Shown one piece after another: positions 10,316 to 20,758 of a stretch of DNA of 64,000 nucleotides. This DNA comes from Minisyncoccia bacterium (lineage in GTDB: Bacteria > Patescibacteriota > Minisyncoccia > Phycocordibacterales > CAIZLB01): contig JBGSHK010000015.1 in the NCBI GenBank assembly GCA_041752275.1, positions 64,641 to 128,640 of the forward strand. The letters run 5' to 3'. The translations under genes were made by a program, and so were the position numbers. The notes beneath the pieces were generated by a model that did no database searches, was not told where the DNA came from, and saw only the letters and a list, made by a program, of their open reading frames with translations. Each line of letters begins with the position of its first letter. Positions within the stretch are counted from its first letter, which is position 1.

Positions 10316-11428
10316 ATGGCAAAAATGGTAAAAAAACAAAAATCTGAACCTGAAGAAGATGAAGATTTATTAGAGGGTGAAGAAGATGATACAGTAGACT
10401 CTGACACAGGAGTAAAATCCAAGAAAGGTAAAAAAGGGTCTAAAGATACTGATTCTTCTATACTTGATACTATAGCTGAGATTAAAAGTCGTTTCGGTGA
10501 AGAGTCCATCATGAAGCTTGGTGAAAAACCTCGGTTAAATGTAGATGTTGTTTCAACTGGTTCTATAGGTTTAGACGCTGCGCTCGGTGTAGGTGGTTTA
10601 CCAAAGGGGCGTATTATAGAAATATTTGGACCCGAGTCTTCAGGTAAAACAACACTTGCACTTCATGTGATAGCAGAGTCTCAGAAAAAAGGTGGTGTAT
10701 GTGCATACATAGACGCAGAACATGCTATGGATCCTGACTATGCAGGAAAGCTTGGTGTAAATATAAACAACCTGCTTATATCGCAACCTGATGCTGGAGA
10801 GCAGGCTCTTGAGATAACAGAGAGTCTTGTTCGAAGTGGTAAGATAGATGTTATAGTTATAGACTCTGTGGCAGCTCTAACACCCAAAGACGAGATCGAG
10901 GGAGATATGGGTGCACATCATGTTGGTAAACAAGCAAGACTAATGTCACAGGCACTTAGAAAACTTACAGCTATCACAGCTAAAAGCGGAACTATAGTTA
11001 TCTTTATAAATCAAATACGTATGCAGATAGGTGTTATGTTTGGTAACCCGGAAACTACACCAGGTGGAAAAGCTTTAAAGTTTTATACTTCTGTTAGACT
11101 TGATATCAGACGTATAGCTCAGATCAAAAAAGGAGAAGATATAATGGGAGGACGTGTTCGAGTTAAGGTTGTAAAAAACAAAGTCGCTGCCCCGTTTAAA
11201 CAAACTGAGTTTGACCTAATGTATAACGAAGGTATATCACTTGAAGGTGAAATGATAGCTCTAGGTGAGAAGATGAAACTGATCACAAAAAGTGGATCAT
11301 CATATGCATATGGTGATATAAAACTAGGCCGAGGGTATGATGCAACGAGACAGTTTTTGAAAGAAAAAGAAAACAAGGCAGTTAAGGATAAGATACTTAA
11401 GGAGATAAGGGATCAGTTGAAAGAATAA
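10316..11428 (+). CDS. recA: recombinase RecA with charged N-terminal extension
   Basis: [31 protein letters not shown]. Confidence 0.98.
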   Translation: MAKMVKKQKSEPEEDEDLLEGEEDDTVDSDTGVKSKKGKKGSKDTDSSILDTIAEIKSRFGEESIMKLGEKPRLNVDVVSTGSIGLDAALGVGGLPKGRIIEIFGPESSGKTTLALHVIAESQKKGGVCAYIDAEHAMDPDYAGKLGVNINNLLISQPDAGEQALEITESLVRSGKIDVIVIDSVAALTPKDEIEGDMGAHHVGKQARLMSQALRKLTAITAKSGTIVIFINQIRMQIGVMFGNPETTPGGKALKFYTSVRLDIRRIAQIKKGEDIMGGRVRVKVVKNKVAAPFKQTEFDLMYNEGISLEGEMIALGEKMKLITKSGSSYAYGDIKLGRGYDATRQFLKEKENKAVKDKILKEIRDQLKE

Positions 11429-11484
11429 AGCTCAAACAAAAAATATGCATTCTCTAAAGAAGAAATGCATATTTTTTGTTTTCA
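11427..11484 (+). repeat. REP-like palindromic repeat copy R2
   Basis: AAAGCTCAAACAAAAAATATGCATT...AATGCATATTTTTTGTTTTCA; near-identical to 59170-59227. Confidence 0.8.
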
Positions 11485-11491
11485 TTTTAAA

Positions 11492-11570
11492 GGACCCACT
11501 CTAGAGTGCGGTGATTTATCCAGGTTGAGTTAACAACACCCTAGAGCTCGGGCCCCTAAACCTGAATAAA
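11492..11570 (-). ncRNA. putative structured RNA (two crossing helices)
   Basis: All four + strand mismatches are A.C, i.e. G.U on the - strand. Confidence 0.45.
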
Positions 11571-11615
11571 AAAATAAAGCCTCATTTCTTGGAGGCTTTA
11601 TTTTTTAAGAAGGTT

Positions 11616-11822
11616 TTATCCCAAGTTGATATACGGCGTTAAAGCCATAAATCTTGATCTTTTGATAGCTAAGCTCAGCTTTCTTTGGTTTTGAGCAGTA
11701 ACACCCGATCTCTTTCTTCCTATAATTCTACCGTATTTATTAACAAATTTGTTTAATAAATCAGTATCTTTATAATCAATATGCTTGATATTGTGATCAG
11801 TAAAATAACATTTTTTTGACAT
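11616..11822 (-). CDS. rpsR: 30S ribosomal protein S18
   Basis: IDYKDTDLL, AIKRSRFMALTPY. Confidence 0.95.
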   Translation of the reverse strand: MSKKCYFTDHNIKHIDYKDTDLLNKFVNKYGRIIGRKRSGVTAQNQRKLSLAIKRSRFMALTPYINLG

Positions 11823-11866
11823 GATTTTTGTATATTTTGATTATGATTAATGATAAGTATTAAGTC

Positions 11867-12337
11867 TTAAAAAGGTATATCTTCTGGGTTTATATCTTCA
11901 TCTGGGTATTGAACTTCTCCAGCATCGGGTACTGACTGATCAGCACCATCATTTGTTGAAGTTGTACTGTTACCTGTAAATGGAGCATTCGATGTACCTG
12001 CACCACTCTTTGAACTTGGTCCGAACTGAAAGCTTTCTAAAACAATCTCTGTTCTATAGTTTTTCTTTCCATCTTGCCCATCCCAACTTCTAGTCTGTAT
12101 TCTACCTTCAACATATAGAGGGTTTCCCTTCTTAACGTATTGATGTATCACTTCAGCTTGTTTGCCGAAGGCTACAATGTTGTGATACTCAGGAACATCT
12201 TTTTTAGCACCAGAAGCATCTTTTATAGATCTGTTTGTTGCCAAAGAAAAAGAGTTTACATGTATACCCGATGGTAAAGACTTTAGTTCAGGATCTTTTG
12301 TTAAATTTCCATATAATACTACCTTGTTTATGTACAT
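11867..12337 (-). CDS. ssb: single-stranded DNA-binding protein
   Basis: INKVVLYGNLTKDPE, EGRIQTRSW, C-terminal DIPF; start moved to 12337. Confidence 0.96.
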   Translation of the reverse strand: MYINKVVLYGNLTKDPELKSLPSGIHVNSFSLATNRSIKDASGAKKDVPEYHNIVAFGKQAEVIHQYVKKGNPLYVEGRIQTRSWDGQDGKKNYRTEIVLESFQFGPSSKSGAGTSNAPFTGNSTTSTNDGADQSVPDAGEVQYPDEDINPEDIPF

Positions 12338-12432
12338 AATTTTTATTTTTTTATTTAGTTTATAATTGTATGTTTTGAAGCTTCGAGTTAACGATGGGCT
12401 GCACATTCATACCAAATAAAGCTATAAGAGAA

Positions 12433-12918
12433 TTATTTCTCTTCAGTTTCTGAACTAGTTTCTGGGACAACGTCGTCAACAACTTCTTCAGTTGCAACTG
12501 CTGCGTCTACCTCCTTTGAGAGAACTTCATCATCGTAGTCAGGTAAAATATCTTTAGCTACAAGTGTGTTTTCTCTTACTGTTTTCACAATAAGATATCT
12601 AAGCGTGTCATCAAGTTCTTTTACAAACTTTTCAAATGTTGCTAGCTTACTTGCTTCTAATTCAAACTTTACCCAGCCAAAAAATGCAGTTTCATACCAT
12701 TTCTTTTGAGCTTTGATGGTCTTTGGAATCTCATAAGCAAGATTAAACATGCGAGGAATTGATTCAGAGATGATTTCTCCTTCTAATTTCTCTATATTTG
12801 ACTTGATTTTTGAAAATTCTATTTGAACATCAGCCTCAGAAAGGGTTGGAAGGAGATGAATTCCTAATTCATATACCTTGAAGCCTTCTTTTGTGCTTTC
12901 TATATTAATTTCAGTCAT
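12433..12918 (-). CDS. rpsF: 30S ribosomal protein S6
   Basis: YELGIHLLP, LAYEI, LRYLIVK; rpsF-ssb-rpsR order. Confidence 0.88.
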   Translation of the reverse strand: MTEINIESTKEGFKVYELGIHLLPTLSEADVQIEFSKIKSNIEKLEGEIISESIPRMFNLAYEIPKTIKAQKKWYETAFFGWVKFELEASKLATFEKFVKELDDTLRYLIVKTVRENTLVAKDILPDYDDEVLSKEVDAAVATEEVVDDVVPETSSETEEK

Positions 12919-12942
12919 AAAGAACACTTTATCATACAATGC

Positions 12943-13818
12943 TTATTTAAGCCAGTATTTCTTAGCATTGTTATAAAAGACATCTATAACCTCGTTTATA
13001 TCTATATCTTTGACCTCAGCTATCTTTTTATATATCTCTCGAACATGGTTTGGGTTGTTTTTTTGACCACGAAAAGACTTAGGTGACACATATGGACTAT
13101 CTGTTTCGGCAAACATGCGCTCTATAGGTACAAATCTTATCAAGTCCTCATACGACTCAACAAAGGTCACAACACCAGTAAAAGATATACTGAAACCCAA
13201 GTCAAGAAACTCTTTAGCTTCATCTATGGTTCCTGCAAAAAAATGTACATTACCTTTATATTCTTTCATAACACCTATAAAATTTTCTTTAAGAATTTCT
13301 AAAGTTTTACTGTAGGAATCCCGAACATGTAACATCAAAGGAAGGTCATATTTTATAGACATTTTTATCTGATTTATAAATATTTCTTTTTGAAAATCTT
13401 TGATTTTTTCCAAATCCGGCTCATTAATGTTATCAGCTGTAATTCTAAAATAATCTAAACCACACTCCCCTATACCACATATATCTTTGTTTACGACATG
13501 TTTTGATTTATCAAAACAGAAGTGCCCTTGTGGTGAACTTTCATCTTTTAACAAATCTTCTATGTCATATATACCTTCTGGATAAAGAGGATGCAGTCCA
13601 GCGGTGGACCACAAAAGTTCTGGATATTTTTGACTCAACTCAATACCATCCCTTGAACTTTTTTCATCAACTCCTACATTTATTCCTATAACATTATTTT
13701 TTTGCATTTCTGCCAAAATCTCAGTTCGATCTTCATCAAAATCAGCAAATTGTAAATGACAATGTAAATCTACAAATGGATTTTTAGTTGTTATTTCTTG
13801 GTTTTCAGAATTTGCCAT
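12943..13818 (-). CDS. tatD: TatD family deoxyribonuclease
   Basis: DLHCH, GLHP, IGECGLDY, LHVR, ETDSPY. Confidence 0.92.
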   Translation of the reverse strand: MANSENQEITTKNPFVDLHCHLQFADFDEDRTEILAEMQKNNVIGINVGVDEKSSRDGIELSQKYPELLWSTAGLHPLYPEGIYDIEDLLKDESSPQGHFCFDKSKHVVNKDICGIGECGLDYFRITADNINEPDLEKIKDFQKEIFINQIKMSIKYDLPLMLHVRDSYSKTLEILKENFIGVMKEYKGNVHFFAGTIDEAKEFLDLGFSISFTGVVTFVESYEDLIRFVPIERMFAETDSPYVSPKSFRGQKNNPNHVREIYKKIAEVKDIDINEVIDVFYNNAKKYWLK

Positions 13819-13838
13819 GGTGATAATGTCTAATTTAA

Positions 13839-15347
13839 TTATTTACTTTCTATCTCTACTTTTGGAAATAAAGGTTTTTCTGGCATTTCTCTGTTTTGTA
13901 TATGTTGAATAATCTTAGAAACTGTTTTAGGTAATATAGGTTGAATGAAATGCACTATAGTGTAGAAATCAATTAACATGTCACCTACTATTTTTCTTGC
14001 CTCATCTGGATTTGTTTTGAAAAGTTTAAATGGTTCTTTTGTTTGTATATCTGCATCAATTTGAGACAATTCTTTCCATAGAGTATTTGAATAATTATTT
14101 ATATCAAAATTTATAAGAGTTTTCTTTAGATTTTCTTGAAGTTTTATATACAAATCTGTCTTATCGATGTTATCAAAGTTTACAGTCACATCATAAGATA
14201 TCATCATTTTTATTAAACGATTTGTAAGGTTTCCAAGTCCATTTGATAAATAACTATTGTAGTTAGATATAATCAAATCTTCTGTTATTTCACCGTCATC
14301 AAAAACCGGGATATTATTTGCAAAATAAAAACGTAAGCCTTCTGCGCCAATCTTAGAAATCATCTCTATAGGACTAATAACATTTCCTATACTTTTACTC
14401 ATCTTGCGCCCTCCTGATTGCATCATACCGTGTACTATCAAGTTCTTAGGTAGTGGTACATCTGCCGCTAAAAGCATAGCTGGCCATATAAAAGCATGGA
14501 ATTTTAATATATCTTTACCTATAACATGCACTGTTTGCGACTTATCATTATTCCAAAATGTGTTATATAGACTTTCGGGATGCTCTTGACCTTCTGACCC
14601 GTAACCAAGTGCTGATATATAGTTAACTAAAGCATCGCCCCAAACATATATACCCTGAGTTTCATCTCCTGGGACTTGTATAACATTTACTTGTCCCTTG
14701 TTTGGTCTGGAAAAACTAAGATCTGCAACGTCTTTGTCTATAATATTTAATATTTCGTTTTTTCTTGACTCTGGAAATATTTTTATAGTGTCATTTGAGA
14801 TAATCTCTTTTACTTTACTTGCGTATTTTGATAGTTTAAAGAAATAATTTTTCTCTTTGATAAAATCCGGAATTACTCCATGATCAGGACACAATCCATC
14901 AACTAAATCTTTTTCTGTTTTAAAACTTTCACAGCCAATACAATAAAACCCTTCATAAAAACCTTCATATATATCCCCTTGTTCTTTAAGTTTATTCCAT
15001 AAAGCCATAACACCTGGATGATGTCTTTTTTTATCTGTTGTTCTTATATAGTCATCATAAGAAATATCTAACTCTGCAAAAAGAGCCTCAACATTTTTTA
15101 CTTGTATATCTAAATAGTCCATCACATCCATGTTTAACTGATCAGCCTTTTCTTGTATTTTTAAACTATTTTCATCAGCACCTGTTAGAAAATAAGTTTT
15201 CATACCAGCCAGTCTGGCCATACGTGCCAAAATATCACACATAGAAGATGTATAAGTGTGACCTATATGTAGATTACCGTTAGGGTAAAAAATAGGTGTT
15301 GTTATATAAAAATTTGTTTTATTTACTGTATCTGATTTATTTTCCAT
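13839..15347 (-). CDS. metG: methionine--tRNA ligase (short form)
   Basis: HIGH, KMSKS, GKDILKFH. Confidence 0.96.
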   Translation of the reverse strand: MENKSDTVNKTNFYITTPIFYPNGNLHIGHTYTSSMCDILARMARLAGMKTYFLTGADENSLKIQEKADQLNMDVMDYLDIQVKNVEALFAELDISYDDYIRTTDKKRHHPGVMALWNKLKEQGDIYEGFYEGFYCIGCESFKTEKDLVDGLCPDHGVIPDFIKEKNYFFKLSKYASKVKEIISNDTIKIFPESRKNEILNIIDKDVADLSFSRPNKGQVNVIQVPGDETQGIYVWGDALVNYISALGYGSEGQEHPESLYNTFWNNDKSQTVHVIGKDILKFHAFIWPAMLLAADVPLPKNLIVHGMMQSGGRKMSKSIGNVISPIEMISKIGAEGLRFYFANNIPVFDDGEITEDLIISNYNSYLSNGLGNLTNRLIKMMISYDVTVNFDNIDKTDLYIKLQENLKKTLINFDINNYSNTLWKELSQIDADIQTKEPFKLFKTNPDEARKIVGDMLIDFYTIVHFIQPILPKTVSKIIQHIQNREMPEKPLFPKVEIESK

Positions 15348-15368
15348 ATAGACAATATATCATAAAAA

Positions 15369-16439
15369 CTAAAGCGTTTCTTCTTGTTCAATCATACTGT
15401 CTCTGCGTTTTTTATCATCTAAAAATTCAACTATAAGCACAGATATAGGAACTGATAATATAACTCCAACAAAACCTGCCAACTCTATACCGGCTATTAG
15501 AGATATAATAACAAGAAGTGAAGGAACACCTATTATTTTTTTCATAACAGATGGATATATTATATTTGCCTCTATTTGATGTATAAGAGTAAAGACAATA
15601 AGAACTATAAATGCAGTAGTTATGCCCCCACTTACAAAAGTTAATAAAAAAGCTACAGCTGTAGATACAAAAGTTCCGAGTATAGGTATAAGCTCCATGA
15701 ATCCTGCAATAAGTGCTATCAAGAATATGTTTTGTATTTGATCACCTAAAAATATTTTCAAAACTGACAAAGAAACTAATACTATTAAAAAAACTATACC
15801 CATTAATATGAGTTGACCTTGCATCCACAAACCTATCTTTCTCTGTACTCTATTCCAAAGATCTACTATATATTTTTCATATTCTTTTGGGGAAATAAGT
15901 CTTAAAAACTTGGCTATACCTTTTTCCTCCATAGAAAGATATACAGATAAAACTAAAACCAGTACAAAAGAAACTATACTGTTGAAGAATCGGTTGAATG
16001 TATCGAAAATACCTCCAGCAAAGTTTGAGAAGTATGAAGTTATAAGACTGGTTAAGTCTTCCAATGATATGGTTGGTGGTATATCAGGAAAAACACTTTT
16101 AGCAGTTTTGTATAAACTTTTTTGTATAGGATCAAGTAGGTCTGAAGTTTTAATAGTATCAGGAAGAGAGTTTAATGCACTTATAGACTGTTTTAATAGT
16201 GGCGGTACAGCAAAGAAAAAGAATGATAGGAAAACAGCTAATAATAGTAAATAAGAAAATATAGCAGCAAATCCCCTGTTCATGCCCAATTTTTTGAAAA
16301 ATAACACTAAAGGTTCCATAAAAGAAGCAACAACTACAGCTAGTAAAACCGACACAATTAGAGATTGAAGTTTCATAAGGGCTACAAATATCAATATACC
16401 TATTATTACCTTAAAAATATCTTTTGAGGTTATTTTCAT
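15369..16439 (-). CDS. AI-2E (PerM) family transporter
   Basis: Multi-TM, WMQGQL, HQIEANIIYP; start moved to MKITSK. Confidence 0.88.
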   Translation of the reverse strand: MKITSKDIFKVIIGILIFVALMKLQSLIVSVLLAVVVASFMEPLVLFFKKLGMNRGFAAIFSYLLLLAVFLSFFFFAVPPLLKQSISALNSLPDTIKTSDLLDPIQKSLYKTAKSVFPDIPPTISLEDLTSLITSYFSNFAGGIFDTFNRFFNSIVSFVLVLVLSVYLSMEEKGIAKFLRLISPKEYEKYIVDLWNRVQRKIGLWMQGQLILMGIVFLIVLVSLSVLKIFLGDQIQNIFLIALIAGFMELIPILGTFVSTAVAFLLTFVSGGITTAFIVLIVFTLIHQIEANIIYPSVMKKIIGVPSLLVIISLIAGIELAGFVGVILSVPISVLIVEFLDDKKRRDSMIEQEETL

Positions 16440-16476
16440 AGTTGTATTGTATGTTTTTTTGTGGGGGGATGCAACT

Positions 16477-17856
16477 TTACCCAAACATCTCCTCCAAATC
16501 CTCAATCTTCACAATCTCCTGCTTTCCACTGTCTCTGTCACGAAGTGTTACAGTACCTTTCTCTAAGGTGTCAAAATCAACTGTTAAACATATAGGTGTT
16601 CCTATCTCATCTTGTCTTCTATATCTCTTTCCTATACTTTGTGTCTCATCATAGACTATCTTTGATTTTGCTACGCCGTTTTTTGTTGCGATATTTTTCA
16701 CCATTTCAAATATTTCTTTGGCTTTGGCAACCAAATCTTCTTTATTTTTAACCAACGGCAATATAGCAACTCTGTATGGTGCTATAGCAGGAGCGAGTTT
16801 TAAAACAATACGCTCTTCGTCAGCCATAGTGTCTGTAGTATATGCGGTAGACAAAATAGCCAATATACTTCTATCCAAACCAAATGATGGTTCAATACAA
16901 TGTGGAATAAATCTCTCTTTAGTCTCCTCATCAAAATATGATAAATCAACTTTTGAACCTTCACTATGTGCTTTCAAATCAAAGTCAGTTCTGTTGGCAA
17001 GACCAAAAAGTTCTTTTCTTCCTATTGGAAAATCATATTCAAAATCTATAGTCCTTGATGAATAGTGCGCTCTATCTTCATCTGCTATCTCTAGTTCATG
17101 TAGTTTGGCTTTATCTAAACCTATGTCTTGTATAAACTCTTTTATTTCTTTTTGAAAATGTGAGAATGCCTCGTCTGCATTTTTTGGATTTGTAAAATAT
17201 TCTATTTCCATTTGCTCAAATTCTCTTACACGAAAAACAAAATCTCTTGGTGCTATCTCATTTCTAAAAGCTTTACCGATCTGCGCCATACCAAATGGTA
17301 ACTTTGGATGAAATGTATCTTGTATGTTTTTAAAGTTTACAAACATACCCTGTGCTGTTTCAGGACGAAGATATACTACGTTGTCATCTGACTCTATAGC
17401 ACCTATATTTGTTTTAAACATCATGTTAAATTGTCTAACTTCTCCGAAATCATTTCCATCAGTTGATTTTATTTTATTTTCTTTAATCATTGTATCCATA
17501 TCACTTAAAGATTTTCCAGATACAGAAAATCCAGCAGCCTCAAGCACATGATCAGCTCTATATCTTTTTTTAGTTTTAAGATCTTCAACTAACGGATCTG
17601 CAAATCCCCCAACATGACCTGAAGCAATCCAAACCTTTGGATTCATAAGTATGGCCGCATCTACTCCATACATATCACTGCGATTATCTACAAATCTCTC
17701 CCACCATATCTTTTTCACCTGATCTTTAACCATAAGACCCAAAGGACCATAATCCCAAGTACCAGAAAGACCTCCATATATATCAGATCCCTGGTATATA
17801 AAACCACGACGTTTACACAGTGAAATAATATCTTCTAGAGTTGTTTCTTTAGCCAT
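16477..17856 (-). CDS. glyS: glycine--tRNA ligase (alpha2 type)
   Basis: YLRPETAQG, FRVREFEQMEIE, IEPSFGLDR, YRRQDEIG. Confidence 0.96.
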   Translation of the reverse strand: MAKETTLEDIISLCKRRGFIYQGSDIYGGLSGTWDYGPLGLMVKDQVKKIWWERFVDNRSDMYGVDAAILMNPKVWIASGHVGGFADPLVEDLKTKKRYRADHVLEAAGFSVSGKSLSDMDTMIKENKIKSTDGNDFGEVRQFNMMFKTNIGAIESDDNVVYLRPETAQGMFVNFKNIQDTFHPKLPFGMAQIGKAFRNEIAPRDFVFRVREFEQMEIEYFTNPKNADEAFSHFQKEIKEFIQDIGLDKAKLHELEIADEDRAHYSSRTIDFEYDFPIGRKELFGLANRTDFDLKAHSEGSKVDLSYFDEETKERFIPHCIEPSFGLDRSILAILSTAYTTDTMADEERIVLKLAPAIAPYRVAILPLVKNKEDLVAKAKEIFEMVKNIATKNGVAKSKIVYDETQSIGKRYRRQDEIGTPICLTVDFDTLEKGTVTLRDRDSGKQEIVKIEDLEEMFG

Positions 17857-17885
17857 ATAGTATCGATATTAACACATATTACAAC

Positions 17886-20132
17886 CTATTTCACCCTACT
17901 ATCTATCTCCGCATTTGTACCGGTTGTAATATCTGTGGTCATGGAATTATTTTTTAATAATAATTTATCCCCTGTAAAACTATCTGTTGCTGTTATGAAT
18001 GGTTCAATAATAGTTACCGGGATCTGACCTGTTTGTGTTAAGGTTGGTGTAAAACCTATATCAAAATAAAATTCTTTTATAGACTTATCTATACCAACAC
18101 CTGCCTCTATATCACCTAAACTTATGGATATTTCTCGGGTTGATTTATTATATTTTAAAGAAGATGATGGTATATTTGAACTATAAGAATTTTTCCATAT
18201 AGAATTTGGTGGTAATTTTGCAATAAATACAACATCTTTAATAGTGTTTGCTGTATTTGAAATATTTCCAGTATACCTAAAAACAGTTTCTTTATTTACC
18301 TCAGGAGAATATGCTCCTCCAAAATATGATAGATTTGAAATAAATAAGACTTCAGTTTTTAATCTTAATTGTTTTTTTGTACTTGCAACAATTGATTCAG
18401 GAACTCTATTTTCACCAAGTCTTTGAGCATTCACGTTTACAGTAAGCTCAGAAGTTGCTCTTCTTAATGTTTTTATAAAGTTTTCTTCACTTGAAATAGT
18501 TCCTATACTGAAACTCATCTCTCTGGTTTCTCCCGGTGATATAACCGCCAACCTTGAATTTGTTGATTTATCCCAAAAAATAACATCTCTATTTGAATCA
18601 TAAAATCCATTATCAGTCTTAACACTTCTCCTATCTATTAAAACTCCTCCCAACAAAACCTCAACAATAACATCTGTAACACTGTCAGGTAATGTGTTTG
18701 TTACAGATAAATCAATTCTCAAATCTTGATCATATTGAACTGATTTATTTTCAGAACTATCTCCATCTATTAACAATTTAGTAATAACAAATGGCTTACG
18801 TATAGAAACTTGATTATCTTGAGTTGATAAAACTGTAAGCATTTCTTTAGTTTTAGGATCTTCTATGCCAATAATAAATCTAAAATTTTTGTCTACATTT
18901 ATCTCTCCTAAGAATTTACCCTTAAGACTAATGGTTGTTGAAGATAGAGAATTTATACTTTCAAATGACCAAGTGTTATTATTTGATACAGGTTTTATAT
19001 TTGATTCCAATAACTTATATCCAAAAGGATACTCTATCATCAACTGTATATTTTCTAATATTTCCTCTGTATTTGAATTTATTTCAATATCAAAATTTAA
19101 CTCTTGATTGTTATTGATTTCTTTTATATTTGATATAACAATATTTATAGGACTACCAACTATAAAAACACTTACATTTTTTTCAGTTTGAAAAATTGTA
19201 GACGAATCATTTATATTAAACTCATAAGAATAATTTATATTTTTTTTAATATTTTGCTCACCAAAAAAAACAACAGAGTTTTTCTTTCTTATTGTCTCAC
19301 CTGGTTTTATTGTACCAACAGAAATTCTTTCATTTGTTAAATCTTGATTTTTATTAAATGGAGATCTTGAACCACTTGGATATTGTATTATTAAATCTGA
19401 CAATATTAATTCTGAATTATTATTATTTGTAATATCTATAATAAAATCAGAAACTTCCCCACTTTTAACAGAAACGGGTCCTGTAACTTTTATATCTATT
19501 TTATTTGTAGATATGGTATTTTTTCCATTTAATATGTTTATATATGTATAGAAAAAAGAACCTACAAAAATAATAAATACAAATATAAATATAATAAGAC
19601 TAAAGTTAAAGTTATTTTTTTTCTTTTTTGATAGTTTTATATCATCTTGCATATCTGCGGTTTCACCTATTTTTACAGTTTTTAAATTAGCATGATAATT
19701 TGGCTGAAAATTATTTTTATTTTCAACAGTTTTATTTAATTTAAGATTTGGGTATAAACTATTTATGTTTTTAGCATCAAGCTGTGCCTGTGCTATTTTT
19801 AAAGTCGCAGTTGTTTTATCTAACTTATTTTCAATATCATCAGCTCTTTTATTGCTATAAAAATCAGCATTGTTATTATTTTCAAATCTATTGTTTAAAA
19901 AATCATTTATGGATTCTTTTTCTTCTTCTGGTTTTATTTTAACACTTTTACTATCTTTATCATCTTTACTATCTTTATTTTTTATAATTTCTTTTTCCCA
20001 ATTTTTAGGTATATTTAAATCATGCTTATGTAAAGAGTTTAGTTTAGAAGTATCATCAGTTAAAGATCTTGAATATAGCTTTTGTTTTAACTTATTTATT
20101 TTATTTACATCTTCATCACTTAGATTATTCAT
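17886..20132 (-). CDS. large single-TM protein with repeated beta-sandwich domains
   Basis: 748-aa ORF, one TM near aa 177-197, Ig-like patterns. Confidence 0.75.
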   Translation of the reverse strand: MNNLSDEDVNKINKLKQKLYSRSLTDDTSKLNSLHKHDLNIPKNWEKEIIKNKDSKDDKDSKSVKIKPEEEKESINDFLNNRFENNNNADFYSNKRADDIENKLDKTTATLKIAQAQLDAKNINSLYPNLKLNKTVENKNNFQPNYHANLKTVKIGETADMQDDIKLSKKKKNNFNFSLIIFIFVFIIFVGSFFYTYINILNGKNTISTNKIDIKVTGPVSVKSGEVSDFIIDITNNNNSELILSDLIIQYPSGSRSPFNKNQDLTNERISVGTIKPGETIRKKNSVVFFGEQNIKKNINYSYEFNINDSSTIFQTEKNVSVFIVGSPINIVISNIKEINNNQELNFDIEINSNTEEILENIQLMIEYPFGYKLLESNIKPVSNNNTWSFESINSLSSTTISLKGKFLGEINVDKNFRFIIGIEDPKTKEMLTVLSTQDNQVSIRKPFVITKLLIDGDSSENKSVQYDQDLRIDLSVTNTLPDSVTDVIVEVLLGGVLIDRRSVKTDNGFYDSNRDVIFWDKSTNSRLAVISPGETREMSFSIGTISSEENFIKTLRRATSELTVNVNAQRLGENRVPESIVASTKKQLRLKTEVLFISNLSYFGGAYSPEVNKETVFRYTGNISNTANTIKDVVFIAKLPPNSIWKNSYSSNIPSSSLKYNKSTREISISLGDIEAGVGIDKSIKEFYFDIGFTPTLTQTGQIPVTIIEPFITATDSFTGDKLLLKNNSMTTDITTGTNAEIDSRVK

Positions 20133-20171
20133 ATCTATATTATAAACTTATGTATTGATTGACGCAAAGAT

Positions 20172-20753
20172 TTAAAAATTTAACTTTTTATGCAAATTTT
20201 GTATAGTTAGATTTTTATTTTCAAAATATATAGACAAATTTTCAGATTCTTTATTTAATATATTTTCAATATCAACTTTTTCAACAAAACCTTGTAAACC
20301 CCTTATGTAAACAATAAAAAAAATATTAACTATTTCCAAAAAATGTTTCTTGTTTGGTTTGTCACTTTTAACTATATAGATAATAAATTTAGATAAGTGA
20401 ATAATCATATTATATATTTGAGTATTAATATCATCAAAATAATCTCTTTCGTCATTAAAAAACAAACTTTCAGCTATACGTAAAAACTTAACAAGACTCT
20501 TTGAGTTGGCAAATAAAAACTTATGGTTAACATCAGTTAATCTAAAAAATTCTTTTCCGCGAACTATGGCTATTTTGTTAACTGAAAAAGCCTTAATATT
20601 TCCTTTTAGTTTGGATGATTCTTTTCTGAAACTAGTAGCTATGATATTTATAACACCAAATTTATCAGAAAAAGCCTTTATCAAACAGTCATTTTCTTGA
20701 ATGTTTTTTATATCGAATATGATACAGTCTGTTTCATATATGGTGTAGACCAT
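20172..20753 (-). CDS. recO: DNA repair protein RecO, N-terminal domain
   Basis: END..I..FS..FG and RKESSKL OB-fold pattern; divergent. Confidence 0.7.
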   Translation of the reverse strand: MVYTIYETDCIIFDIKNIQENDCLIKAFSDKFGVINIIATSFRKESSKLKGNIKAFSVNKIAIVRGKEFFRLTDVNHKFLFANSKSLVKFLRIAESLFFNDERDYFDDINTQIYNMIIHLSKFIIYIVKSDKPNKKHFLEIVNIFFIVYIRGLQGFVEKVDIENILNKESENLSIYFENKNLTIQNLHKKLNF

Positions 20754-20758
20754 AAAAT

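Noticed and set aside
11492-11570. SRP RNA or a tmRNA fragment
   Set aside because: Lacks the SRP helix-8 GGAA motif and tmRNA tRNA-like ends.
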